A DNA stretch of 63,782 nt, filler included, from Octopus bimaculoides (Eukaryota): NCBI RefSeq assembly GCF_001194135.2. It is 5 parts of 5 records of this genome, joined end to end, with 100 filler letters (N's around TTAATTAATTAA, not from the genome) between each part and the next. Parts side by side here need not be neighbours in the genome. Positions count along the whole stretch, not along the records: positions 1 to 15,808 come from NC_068985.1; positions 15,909 to 32,257 come from NC_068984.1; 3 more parts are not named here. One strand, written 5' to 3'. This document shows positions 10,301 through 23,334 of the stretch, in pieces. The notes under the pieces are model-generated. The model was not told the origin of the DNA. It saw only the letters and a list, made by a program, of their open reading frames with translations, and did no database searches. The position numbers and the translations under genes are program-made. The first letter of the stretch is position 1; the number at the start of each line of letters is the position of its first letter.

Positions 10301-12044
10301 TGTAGTAACGCTGTGCGCATGCGTAGTCTCACGCATGCGTGGAATTAAACATCCAAGCTTTCCCGCTTTGATCGATCTCTTTCTTGCTGGCCAGCGATTG
10401 AGCATGGATGTGTCTAGCTGTCTCTCCATCTTTCGAACTCACGCTAGACAGCTCACATCAATATACCAACGTCCCAACAACCATGTTCTCACACACCGAA
10501 GACGTCTCAACAAACAAGATTAAAGCTGTATATTTTCCACCTTGAATAAATGTTGTTTGTGTTGATAGTTTGGAGTTCAGCGTTCCGTTCAATTCCTAAT
10601 TTAATATAGGAAAGTCAGGTGTACATCTAATGATGTATAACCTACTTTCCTANNNNNNNNNNNNNNNNNNNNNNNNNNNNNNNNNNNNNNNNNNNNNNNN
10701 NNNNNNNNNNNNNNNNNNNNNNNNNNNNNNNNNNNNNNNNNNNNNNNNNNNNNNNNNNNNNNNNNNNNNNNNNNNNNNNNNNNNNNNNNNNNNNNNNNNN
10801 NNNNNNNNNNNNNNNNNNNNNNNNNNNNNNNNNNNNNNNNNNNNNNNNNNNNNNNNNNNNNNNNNNNNNNNNNNNNNNNNNNNNNNNNNNNNNNNNNNNN
10901 NNNNNNNNNNNNNNNNNNNNNNNNNNNNNNNNNNNNNNNNNNNNNNNNNNNNNNNNNNNNNNNNNNNNNNNNNNNNNNNNNNNNNNNNNNNNNNNNNNNN
11001 NNNNNNNNNNNNNNNNNNNNNNNNNNNNNNNNNNNNNNNNNNNNNNNNNNNNNNNNNNNNCACGTGTACTGACCTTCTATCTGCTGTAATATCTCACATA
11101 CATATAGACGGCCTGTCTTTTATCATGTTCTTATATGTCGCATTCACACTATCACATACATCTTTTATACCACACTAAATATCTCTTGTTATTCATTTTA
11201 TACGGTTGTGTTTATCATCTTCTATCTTCTATCGTCGACGCTAATGGTCGTACAGAGATTATCTCTGTACGACCATCTGTAAAAGCGTACCTCTTCAAAC
11301 ACCATCATCACCAAGCAGCTTTTTCGCCACCAGCTTCGTTCAACCAAGATTACCACCGCGACGACAACAACTACTACTACCAACTACAAGCATTCCCCCG
11401 ACGCCGCCAACAGTTTCAACTGGACATCATTACCACCGTCAACATCATTACCACCACACATACAGAACAGCTCAATGTACTGTCTACCACAATGTCGTGC
11501 GCCAACAACCCCACCACCAGGGACACACCATATTGCATGTTTTTCTTTCATTCCTTCAATTTGTACATTGCATGCATGTATCACACGAGTGTACATTTCA
11601 TTTCTTTCATTTTCTTTGTGTGTGTTTGTGCTACATCTTGTGGGTGGTTTTCAGTGGCCATCCTGCCTCAGGCGTTCCAACAGAATTATATTATCGTGCG
11701 TTCCGCACTGGCAAGAGAGCCCTGTAGTAACGCTGTGCGCATGCGTAGTCTCACGCATGAGTTGAATTAAACATCCAAGCTTTCCCACTTTGATCGATCT
11801 CTTTCTTGCTGGCCAGCGATTGAGCAAGGACGTGTCTAGCTGTCTCTCCATCTTTCGAACTTACGCTAGACAGCTCACATCAATATACCAACGTCCCAAC
11901 AACCAAGATTAAAGCTGTATATTTTCCACCATAAATAAATATTGTTATGTTGATCAGTTTGGAGTTTCTGCGTTCCGTTCAATACCTAATTTAATATAGG
12001 AAAGTCAGGTGTACATCTAATGATGTATAACCCACTTTCCTAAA
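10301..12044 (+). mobile_element. Gypsy-type LTR retrotransposon remnant with two LTRs
   Basis: Direct repeats at 10301-10652+ and 11723-12044 both start TGTAG; the 3' LTR ends CTAAA (approximately CTACA). TGTG flanks both sides (10297-10300, 12045-12048). A PPT-like cactggcaagagagccc precedes the 3' LTR. The internal peptide IVDANGRTEIISV..KAYL resembles the Gypsy integrase C-terminal NG..E.VS.DRLKPAY motif. Confidence 0.8.
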
Positions 12045-12569
12045 TGTGTATATGCATACATATATATATATATGTCTTTATACAAATACATATATATCGG
12101 TGATGCATTTTTGTTCCTTTTTTATATTTATTATTTGCTATTTCTATATAAACACNNNNNNNNNNNNNNNNNNNNNNNNNNNNNNNNNNNNNNNNNNNNN
12201 NNNNNNNNNNNNNNNNNNNNNNNNNNNNNNNNNNNNNNNNNNNNNNNNNNNNNNNNNNNNNNNNNNNNNNNNNNNNNNNNNNNNNNNNNNNNNNNNNNNN
12301 NNNNNNNNNNNNNNNNNNNNNNNNNNNNNNNNNNNNNNNNNNNNNNNNNNNNNNNNNNNNNNNNNNNNNNNNNNNNNNNNNNNNNNNNNNNNNNNNNNNN
12401 NNNNNNNNNNNNNNNNNNNNNNNNNNNNNNNNNNNNNNNNNNNNNNNNNNNNNNNNNNNNNNNNNNNNNNNNNNNNNNNNNNNNNNNNNNNNNNNNNNNN
12501 NNNATTCGAAAAAAAGTGAAAAATTAAAAGAATTGGCCTCTACATTGCATATATATATATATATATATA

Positions 12570-13362
12570 TGTAGTGGATCTTGCATGCATGAAGTGGATT
12601 CGATCCACCATAGCCAAATTTAAATCAACACTCCAACAGAACTTTTCCCACGGTGGAACAATAGTTTTTCTCTGACAGCAGTTTAATATTTTCCAGATGC
12701 CTTTAGCTATGCGGAAACAATGTCTTCACCACTTGACCCTTTCTAACCTCTTCTACATCACCAAAATCTAGAATAGAGATAAAAAGACCACCAGCTAAAT
12801 CCATTGTTCTCAATAATATATCTATCCTTCTAGATAGTTATAAAAACAGGAGACCCCAAGCAAAAACGGCAGTAGTCACTTGGGGACAACCTAGAGAAGC
12901 AACTAGTGACAACTCAATTAGTTAGTAAACGGTCATCTTCAGATATAGTCACAAGCAGGCAGCCACTAAAGACAAAACGACCAGAGGGAGAAAGAAGATT
13001 ATAACCAGCCAACTATGAGACACAACGTCCCACACTATACAACTTTGACTAGCTCGTTTCCTTTGCTCGGTAACCTTACCCTATCTTTATCTGTTTACTA
13101 CTACAAGATCGTGTACACACACATACAGGCCGAAATTAACTTTCTTTACCTTGCATGCTTTACGAACTGTGTTATACTATTACTCTAACCTACCCGTCGT
13201 GGTATGGCATTTATTAAAGTAACGGTAAATAAATATTTCTTTACAACTTCGATCACTGTTCATCATTCAACTACACACAATTATCATTGCTACACAAAAA
13301 TATAACAGCACAAAATTATCATCACTACAACAACCAGACTTTTACAATTGGTAACCTCCGAC
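12570..13362 (+). mobile_element. Second LTR family: probable 5' LTR plus primer-binding site
   Basis: Starts TGTAGTG; AATAAA near 13228; CACTACA at 13323-13329 and ...TTTACA at 13346; followed by PBS-like TGGTAACCTCCGAC (13349-13362). No second copy in the window. Confidence 0.4.
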
Positions 13363-13409
13363 TCTAACATAAAATTGTGATATATATATATATATATATA
13401 TGTATGTAT

Positions 13410-13455
<46 letters not shown>

Positions 13456-13464
13456 ATACATACA

Positions 13465-13674
13465 TAAAGTTAGATGAGGCCGACTTATGGGAATACCTTA
13501 AGTTTCATGTTCATAAAGCGCTTAGCTTTATGGCGTACATCATATTCCATAATTTGTTGGCTTAAAGCCTCTCTAAGCCAATAGGTTTTGGGATCTGATG
13601 ATACGCCATAAAGCGAAGCCCATTATGGGCATGAAACCTAAGGTAATCCCATAAATCGGCCTTATCCAACTTTA
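13465..13674. mobile_element. Fold-back MITE (whole-length palindrome, 210 bp)
   Basis: Arm aaagttagatgaggccgacttatgggaataccttaagtttcatg pairs with catgaaacctaaggtaatcccataaatcggccttatccaacttt, and pairing continues to the centre. TA at both ends. Confidence 0.8.
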
Positions 13675-14718
13675 ATATATGCTGCTCCATAACTTAGAGT
13701 GTGCTTCTTGGCGGGGGGGGGGACATTAATGTTTTTACAGATTATATACATATAGACTAAACTACCCGTGACCCATTGGGTCACCGAGAAAGTCTGAGTT
13801 TCAGAACAACAGAGTTTTGTTTATTGGTTGTTTATCTTTTCCAGGTTATTTCACATGTTTTCACAGGTTATTTCATGTTTTGTTTATTGGTTGTTTTTCT
13901 TTTCCATGTTATTTCACATGTTTTCAATAAATGTGACATCAAAATCACGTGTAAACGACTCCTTTCCCCAGAAAAGGAGAGATTTGGCTACTATTTCTCG
14001 CACGCCCTGCTACCACATAACAGGTATTTCGGGTCTTTTAACGCAAACAGCTGTTACGTCGTAGCGGGACGTGCTAGAAATTGCAGCCAAACCTTTGGAG
14101 GTGAGACACGTTGAATGCACTCGAAAAAATCCTGTGGAAAGAAATTATTTCACACGGAGGTTACGAAATATTTACCGTATTTTTAAAATCATTTTCACTT
14201 TAAGATATTTATGAAATATGTCAAAAAAAGTTTTTGTAATGGTATTCATTTGAAAATAATTTTAAAACACATTAAAATATTGTCTGTTTAAAAAAATCTG
14301 AAATATAAATACTTACTGTACAAACAACATACATTTTTGAAATCACATTCACTTAAAAATATTTCTAAATGGTTAAAATATTGTGGTTAACGATAGTGAA
14401 ATTAGAAACATTTACTGTAAAAAACAAATCGTATATTTTCGTTGTCAATCACTGTCCAATCGAAAGGTAAAAGTTTCTTCCCTTTCAGGATGAAGATTAT
14501 TTTCGGAATATTTTCCCATTATGCACCGTTTTGAGTATTTATACCTCGAAAACCCCTATATCTCAAAAACCACTTGTCTGATTTACGCGAGGCTTGTTTT
14601 ATTCCGTTCGTATTAACATTTCAGGGGAAACTTAATTCATAGCTTCGTTTTGGGATTTGGTTTGTAAGATTCTTTATGTGAGTTCGTGTGTTGAAAGCGT
14701 ATTCTGTTGTGCTTGGGG

Positions 14719-14895
14719 AGAGTCATTCTCTTTTAGTGCTTTATAATTTAACACACTCACCTATTCAATAGTTGTCAACAACTATTGAAAAGGCTACAAG
14801 ACGCAACGAAAATTTTAGAAAAATAAATAATTAAATGAGTGGGAACTTTACCAGCGAGTGTGTTAAATTATAAGGCACTAAAAGAGAATGACTCT
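14719..14895. mobile_element. MITE with 40-bp inverted repeats
   Basis: 14719-14758 and 14856-14895 are reverse complements with one mismatch (agagtcattctcttttagtgc[t/c]ttataatttaacacactc). Confidence 0.75.
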
Positions 14896-15069
14896 AGCCA
14901 GACACAATTTAATTCATAGTATTTGCCCATTATGCGCCAGTTTGGCTGGGTAACATTGCGAGGAAGCAAGATTCAAGCTGACTTTTAATCTATTNNNNNN
15001 NNNNNNNNNNNNNNNNNNNNNNNNNNNNNNNNNNNNNNNNNNNNNNNNNNNNNNNTATATATATATATA

Positions 15070-15448
15070 TTCATTCTTTTATTCTCTTGCTTGTTTCAGC
15101 CATTTGACAACAACCATGCTGGAGCACCGCCTTTAGTCGAACAAATCGACCCCAGGACTTATTCTTTTGTAAGCCTAGTACTAATACTATCGGCTTCTTT
15201 GGCCGAACTGCTAAGTTACGGGGATATAAACACATCAACATCGGTTGTCAAGTGATGATGGGGAGACACACACACACACACACATATGATAGGCTTCTTC
15301 AGTGTCCATCTACCAAATCCACTCACAAGGCTCTGGTCAACTTGAGGCTATTATAGAAGACACCTGCCGAAGGTGTCGCGCAGTGGGGACTGAACCCAGA
15401 ATCGTGTGGTTGGGAAGCAAGCTTCTTACCACATAGCCATTCCTGCGC
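15070..15448 (-). mobile_element. tRNA-derived SINE family 1 (bipartite, internal microsatellite)
   Basis: Head gcgcaggaatggctatgtggtaag...ggttcagtccc with A/B-box-like motifs, internal (CA/TG)n, 3' module ending gaaacaag..gaataaaagaat; many copies in the window. Confidence 0.9.
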
Positions 15449-15477
15449 ACACACAGATAGATAGATAGATAGATATA

Positions 15478-15808
15478 GGCGCAGGCATAACTGTATGATA
15501 AGAAGCTTGCTTCCCAACCATATGGTCCCGAGTTTAGTCTCATTTTGTAGCACCTTAGGCAAGTGTCTTCTACTATGGCCTCGGGCCGACCAAAGCCTTG
15601 TGAATGGATTTGGTTGAAAGAAGCTGGTAGTGTGTGTGGGTGTGTCAGTGCTTGTCCCCCACTACCATCTGACGACCGGTGTTAGTGTGTTTACGCCCCC
15701 ATAATCTAGCGGTTCAGCATAAATAACCGATAGAATAAATACCAGGCTTCAAAAAAAAAGTATTGGGTTCCATTCATTTGACTAAAAATTCAAGGTGATG
15801 CCCCAGCA
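15478..15808 (+). mobile_element. tRNA-derived SINE family 1
   Basis: Diverged plus-strand copy, head-to-head with 15070-15448; cut off by the scaffold spacer. Confidence 0.85.
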
Positions 15809-15908
15809 NNNNNNNNNNNNNNNNNNNNNNNNNNNNNNNNNNNNNNNNNNNNTTAATTAATTAANNNNNNNNNNNNNNNNNNNNNNNNNNNNNNNNNNNN
15901 NNNNNNNN
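15809..15908. other. Artificial scaffold spacer
   Basis: 44 N + TTAATTAATTAA + 44 N = 100 bp. Confidence 0.95.
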
Positions 15909-16252
15909 CCAGACAAAAAACAAAAAGGCAAAAGAGAGTCACTTACTGTTATAGTTTCTGCAATGACAATATTGACCAAGGTTACCGTGGTCTTTTCCGT
16001 AGGCTTTCCACGGCTAAACCTAAACTGTCCTCCCCTCTTTTTACACGAGAACATTGATCGCTATTGATCGCTTTTTTTTTTCTCTCGGTCCCTTTTGATC
16101 GAACTCCCCCCTTTTTTCCTTCCTACGGTCCCTTTTGATCGACACCCACCCCTACTTTTTTTTCTTCTCTTTCTTCCCCCTCCTAAAAAGAAAAGCTCTA
16201 CATTGTATTCGTCCCATCTTTCTTGAGCCCTGTGTGGCTAATAAAAGAAATG
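15909..16252 (+). mobile_element. Probable Tx1/L1-like LINE 3' UTR
   Basis: Pyrimidine-rich tract ending gagccctgtgtggctaataaaagaaat, similar to the end of the 33103-33990 element (agcccttgtggccaataaaa); runs into (TATC)n. Confidence 0.45.
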
Positions 16253-16267
16253 TATCTATCTATCTAC

Positions 16268-16343
<76 letters not shown>

Positions 16344-16350
16344 CTATCTA
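16253..16350. repeat. (TATC)n microsatellite
   Basis: Direct reading. Confidence 0.95.
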
Positions 16351-16574
16351 GATCCACATAAACCAAGGTAGTATGATTTTAGTTCATTTGAGATATTTAA
16401 TAACTGGAGTGCACACAAGTACTAAGCAGGTAATCAGTGCTAAAATCTATGTCTATTCGAAGGAAAAAGATGAGAAGAATAGGCCTCAAATATCATTTAA
16501 AGATGATATGCCGCATTTATCACTATCTGTATCTTATGTGTATATATGTATATAAACCTATATGCATGTACTCG

Positions 16575-16699
<125 letters not shown>

Positions 16700-16811
16700 T
16701 ACACACGTACGTACGTGAACATAATCATACATTTATGTCTCTGAAGTATTTCTTTCTATTGCTTTCTCTTATACGTCTATACATACACGCATACATACAC
16801 GCATACATACA

Positions 16812-16844
<33 letters not shown>

Positions 16845-18473
16845 GCATACATATATATATATACATACATGTATGTATGTGTGTGTGTGTACGAGTGCGT
16901 GCGTGTTGCATTAATATATCGGTCCCTTTAATGTATATATGTGAGTTTGTATAGACGTACATATGTATGTGCGGCCAAGCTTGTCACATGCTTTTCACAT
17001 GGTCGGATGATCGGCGACTAAAAGATTTTGAACTTGCCCTTCTGTAGCAAAATGCTGTTTGTAATGATGAGATTGTGTCCAGTGCATTTGGTGAGAAGCA
17101 GAAGTCTGCTAGTGTTACATTTTCTGAAATAGTTTGTTCCGATAAATCTCTTCCAGAGTCTTCTGAATCATTCCACATTCACAATTGATGTCATAAAGAA
17201 ACATAACTTTGTCTGTTCTTGGTCTGGTAGAAAGAATGGAATTCAAATTTAGATCATTAAGCACTGATGACAGTTGCATATTAACTCTACTAGGTGAAGA
17301 TGAAGTGACATTTGTCGTTTATTGAAGCCACCTGAGAATTCTGATAACTTCAGAAGAACATTCTAGTTGGAAAAGCTCATACTATGTATTCTTCCATTTT
17401 ATTTTCCTAATCTCTTCCAGAAGACGACGTATCTTCGATGTTCTTATCTCCTTTCTCACTCTCCTGCATTCCTGGTCTCATTGTCAAACATTAGGCGTTC
17501 AAAGTAACCTAAGTAATTGTTTTTTATGATCTTTCAGATCTTTCAGGGTGTCGCGGTTCGGGTATTCCATATACCAATTTTCTTGATTTATGTTTTTTTG
17601 AACGTAAGAAATCGTGGACCCTCGATTTCGTGAACCTTCTGAACAATTTTCTATGCAAATTATATATCCTCTTTCTAATTAAGAGTCTTCTGAATCATTC
17701 CACATTCACATAGACGTCATAAAGAAACATAATTTTGTCTGTTCTTTGTGTGGTAGAAAGAATGGAATTCAGCTGTGCATAGACACTTTCAGAAGAGATC
17801 CCCCAAAGTACTGTTCAGTCATAGATACAGCTGAGGAAAATTCTTTCTGCTTCGATCCGTAGAAATTTATCAACTAAATCAAACATCTATCACTTACATA
17901 CCGGGCACGAACTAAGGGCCTTAGATTCACAAACTTGTCTTCCCCACTCCTCGCCAATCGCCGTCAGGTTTTGGGCTTGGTGAAAGTGCAAAGGCGTGTG
18001 ATCACAAAGGTCACAGAGTCACTTGCGTTTAGCTTCGTTTCATTTAGAGATGTCGTTGACTTCGACAAACACATAGTCCTTGACAGCTCTTCAAACTGGT
18101 CCCAGTCAGATAGATGTAAACAAATTAGAGCTTGGGAAAATTTGCCAATTTCATTTGCTTCAACACACTTTATACGGCTTTGTCCACTTCCTCTGCTTGC
18201 GCTTTAAGTGGTTGATTAGTGGATTACGTTTAATTTGGAACCTTCCCGCAGACGTACCGCTATGGAAGGGTAACAGGAGAGGAAAGATCTCGACGGCGTA
18301 GCTTGTGGAGTCATCGGCAAACACAAGCCCTTTCTCCCAGCAGCAAGTGGACGACCTCAAGAGTATGAATATTCAAGTAAAGAACACAAGAAAATAGACA
18401 TATGTACATATAAATGAATGCAAATACAGATATACAAACATGTACATGTGCGGAAACACATAAATACATATAT

Positions 18474-18533
<60 letters not shown>

Positions 18534-18563
18534 NNNNNNNNNNNNNNNNNNNNNNNNNNNATG

Positions 18564-18605
<42 letters not shown>

Positions 18606-19051
18606 TACGTGTGTTAGTGTGTCTGAGTCTATCTATTTATCTATTATACACCAACATAACCAGCTCCCCATTTTACCCCTCTTTTTGCTTGCTTCGTCAA
18701 TTCGTTATCATTTTCTCTCTTCTCATATATTTCCAAATCCAATTACATACCTTATGCCATCTTTCTTGAATCTTCTCCTAACCTATGTTCTCTTTTCTTT
18801 TACCTTCAAACTTCAATGTTTTTCTCCTGTCCAATTATAATCTTGCATTATATTTCAGCTATCTTTTCACATGAAGTATATCTACAAACGCTCACAAATA
18901 GAAGCACGATCAGCCATACAGATATTCATGGCTCCAAACGCCACTATAAATTTAATTGCCTGATTTATATAAAGATTATGCATACATATATACATACCTA
19001 TATTCATGCAAACAAACATGCGTATATATCTCTCTCTTGCTGTCTCTCACT

Positions 19052-19134
<83 letters not shown>

Positions 19135-19896
19135 NNNNNNNNNNNNNNNNNNCCAATTATAATCTTGCATTATATTTCAGCTATCTTTTCACATGAAGTA
19201 TATCTACAAACGCTCACAAATAGAAGCACGATCAGCCATACAGATATTCATGGCTCCAAACGCCACTATAAATTTAATTGCCTGATTTATATAAAGATTA
19301 TGCATACATATATACATACCTATATTCATGCAAACAAACATGCGTATATATCTCTCTCTTGCTGTCTCTCACTTTATATATATATACACACATACACATA
19401 CGCACACACATGTATATATATATGTATAACAAATAATGTTGGGAGTCGTATTGCTTTACAGTAAATAGCAATGTCTAAATCACGTTGTTTGGAGCACATC
19501 CTTACCAACATTTATTGTACTGTTCCGGCTGTACCGCACATCAGTACATCTACACCTGGCATGTTCCCTAGTGATTTGGGGCGTTTTTTTTGTTGTAGAG
19601 ATCTAAATGAAAAGAGTTTACTAGTCCCTAGTTCAACTTTCCTCCATTTCTAGACGCAAAAGACACTGGAATTAGTGATCCCCACCACTCTTCTAACTCT
19701 ATTATTCGAACGTGTACACACACGTGTATGTGTGTGTGTAAGTATGTGTGTATGTGTGTGTGTGTGTGTGTGTGGCTGTCTGTGTATATGCAGGAGAAAG
19801 GGAGAGAGCGAAAAAGAAGGAGAGAGCGAAAAAGAAGGAGAGAGCGAAAAAAAGGAGAGAGCGAAAAAGAACTGTATGTGTATATGCAGGAGAAAG

Positions 19897-19948
<52 letters not shown>

Positions 19949-20159
19949 ATCAACTTGACTGGTACTTTATTTATCGTCCGCGGAAGGATGATATTGAATA
20001 AATCATGCTTTGTAACCGAATTAAACATATTTCAAGGCATATATCTTAAAGTAAAGGGGAAAGAAATCTTTAGGCATGGCTATAAGGCTATAAGGGTTAA
20101 GAAACTTACTTTACTATCTTATGGTTTCGGATTCAGATTCAGAGCAATTATCGACCCCT

Positions 20160-20515
20160 GCTTTGTGAATAAATTTGGTAGACGGAAAATATGTTGAAGC
20201 CCGTCGTACGCGAGCGCGCACACACACACATACACACACACACACACGTACACACGCACACACGTACACACGCACACGCACACACACACATGTATGTATA
20301 TATTCATATGTATATGTGTGTTCGTGTATCTTTGTGTATGTCCCCACCACCGCTTGACAACCGGTGCTGGTTTGTTCACGTTTACGTAACTTAGCACTGT
20401 CGTCAAAAAGACTCATAAAATAACTACCAAATTTAAAGAGACTAAGTACTAATGTCGATTTAGCGGAACTCCATCATGGCCACAGTATAATGACTGAAAC
20501 AAGTGAAAGATTAAA
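20160..20515 (+). mobile_element. SINE family 1, 5'-truncated
   Basis: tttggtagacggaaa...gaagcccgtcg, internal (CA)n, then cttgacaaccggtgctgg...atgactgaaacaagtgaaaga. Confidence 0.8.
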
Positions 20516-20672
20516 TATACAGAGGATGTCGACCTCTGGGAATCCTCTCGTGACTCAAATTATTTCCTGTAATCATCGATATGTAATTGACTGAGAAGAG
20601 TGTCAATTGCTTCGATCTCTTCGGCCTTGGAGGTCAGTCCCTTTATTCCAGACCAAACCATTTGTAATAATG

Positions 20673-20718
<46 letters not shown>

Positions 20719-21785
20719 TAATAATAATAATGATGATGATGATGATGATAATGATGATAATAATAATCGCACAACAACAACAAAGAACACTAACAACTCA
20801 ACTCAATGCATCGGCTACTCTTCCTTCCACTCGCCCGCCAATCCTTCAACTCACCAAACTGCATATTAAACACTAATTAGAAGACATAGATGGTTAGCAA
20901 CAAACAACATTAGCGCCAAGAAAACATCGATAATGGTTGCATAAGCAATAATATTTAATTGGCGATTTATGGCGATATCTCAGTACAGAAACTAATTTTA
21001 TACCGAGTTAAAATATTTATTTATATAATTATTCATTCATTTATTAAACTGTGAAGAATTTATGCGGTTAGATATTAAATTATTTTATGTTTCAGTAAAG
21101 AATCAATAAATTTTATCTATATCCACTGCATTTGAAAAGAAACTTGTTAAATAAGACTGAATCCAAGTTGTAAACGTTCTTCTCCTTTCTCTATTCCCGG
21201 CAACGTGAAGTCTGTACTGACTAAAACATTATCTTGTGATGCAATTGTAAATTTTCTTTGCTATAAAATGTTTTCTCGTAATTGTTGGAGTCGGCAATAA
21301 TTTACATATTCTTCTTTTTCGACAGCCTAAACCGGACTTTTATGGTAGGTTTTAGTTCCGGCAACAAATAATACATTGAATAAATCAACGAGGGATTCAC
21401 TATATGGACGTTCGGCGAGCTAGAAATTGCAAACAAATTCTTCTTAAAACACACCCAGTCAGTTACTGAACATAAAAGACACGATTTAAATAACAGTCCT
21501 GATGTACTGTCTGAAAATAACATGAGCTGGTCATGGGTGGGACGATTTAATCACAGGTATCCTCATCCAGAATTGATCTGAGATTTAAAACAACATACGA
21601 TTAATTAAATCCAACGGTGTTCCTTCGTTTAGATTACAATCGGCTATTTTGATGTTGTTTCCTCCATTGCTGTTGATCCTTCTGGTTCGGTTGTATGCGA
21701 AAACTGGGCTTAAGATGAGATATTTCTCAAAGTTAGAGCTTGAAATTAATGTCGTTTATTAAGTCCTCCTGGATCTTGGAAGTTC

Positions 21786-21787
<2 letters not shown>

Positions 21788-21874
<87 letters not shown>

Positions 21875-21889
21875 ATGTATGTATGTATG

Positions 21890-21928
<39 letters not shown>

Positions 21929-21940
21929 TTACCTATCTAT
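21788..21940. repeat. Compound (TG)n(TATG)n(TATC)n microsatellite
   Basis: Direct reading. Confidence 0.95.
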
Positions 21941-23253
21941 ATGTTTCTAACAAAATAAAATGATTAGGAAATTGTTTCAATTGCAAACGTTGGTGCGATA
22001 TTGAAAACTTGTCCACCAATACTAAATATAAATCTGCCAGAGTAAAAATAAAATTGTTTGTCCGTGGACAAGTATAAGAAGATATTTATATCTTAATCGA
22101 TTCCATTCACTGTAATCCTAAAATACTGTCTACAAAATGATCGATGAAAAATTCCACATTTGATATAAAGAAAATGTCTTAGCCAATTTCTGGTTAAGGA
22201 TTAGATAACAAGAAAAATAATAATTCATTTCTCTGAATTTCGAATGCGTCGGCAAATATTTGTTAAATATAGCTTCCATTTCTCTCGCTGAATAAAACTT
22301 TTCAAATATCTTTGTTCACTGATGTAGAAAATGGTATTTTTGATATCTCAAAAGAAGCAGGACTTTCCTGGGTACAAAATATTTAATATCGATTTTATAA
22401 TAACTACTTCAAAGGTTTCCAAGACAAAATTTTCGATTAGTCTTTGAGAATATGACATCAATCATAAGAGAATAGGCCCTACAAGTGGAAATGTAATTAC
22501 TTCCTTCTCGTTTAGTCAACTAAATTAGTAAAGCTAAAAATAGGTTTGCCGTTTGGATGTAGTTGAATTATTATAGCCTACAGCCATATCTCTGAGATAA
22601 TATAGTTCTTAGTTTGTAAATTAAAGGAAACATTGGAAATACGCTAAATTACCACTTTACATGGAATTACATAGAGGTAATGGTGTTAAGTTCATCTGCT
22701 TGACTTGGCACTATTTGTGTTTGCTTTCGAAGATGGCGAAATAGCATTCATATTATGTTTCAGATATAACTAGCTTGGTAAATGGGGATTGTTGCTGTCG
22801 CTTAGTCCAAACCATGCCTGATCGAGTAGACATGTGATCAAATTCTTTTCAGTCTTGCCATTAAGACAAGTGGTTAGGTAGGTTTTATAACATTCCTTGT
22901 ATCTCCAAGTAATCTCAGGCTCTGAGTACATGGTTTGTTGTATTTGAAAACCAGGACACTAGTACATGAAAAATCACGCGAAAAACGAGTAGGTTGATGC
23001 AAAAAGTGGAGTGAGAAGACAAATGGTGAATAAAAACGGGAAAAAAAAGACAAAAGGAAAATTAGATTTTCGCATCCTTTGACCATAGGAGTTACGAGGA
23101 GTCCAAACTCTGCAAGGAAGCTACTCAATCCGGAAAGGGTGATGTTCTCCTGCTCGCTAAAAGAAATTTGTTTATATCCTTGCACTTACTGAAAAGTTCA
23201 GATCTGGAACAAAGTAGTCTGGTAGAATTCTAATTTGGTACAGTCGAAAGAGA

Positions 23254-23333
<80 letters not shown>

Positions 23334-23334
<1 letters not shown>

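Noticed and set aside
15853-15864. TTAATTAATTAA as a homeodomain site or piggyBac target
   Set aside because: Centred in identical 100-bp N spacers four times; synthetic.
18828-19420. About 270-bp tandem duplication
   Set aside because: Identical copies either side of a small N gap: contig-overlap artefact. The same applies to the short duplications around 60471, 60819 and 61283, and probably 40660/41030.
19790-19872. 18-bp tandem repeat encoding EKEGES/KKERA repeats
   Set aside because: Short purine minisatellite embedded among microsatellites; no exon signals.
23184-23240. Minus-strand exon ending at a GTAAGT donor (23189)
   Set aside because: No convincing acceptor or reading frame, and it abuts (ATT)n and Dong insertions.
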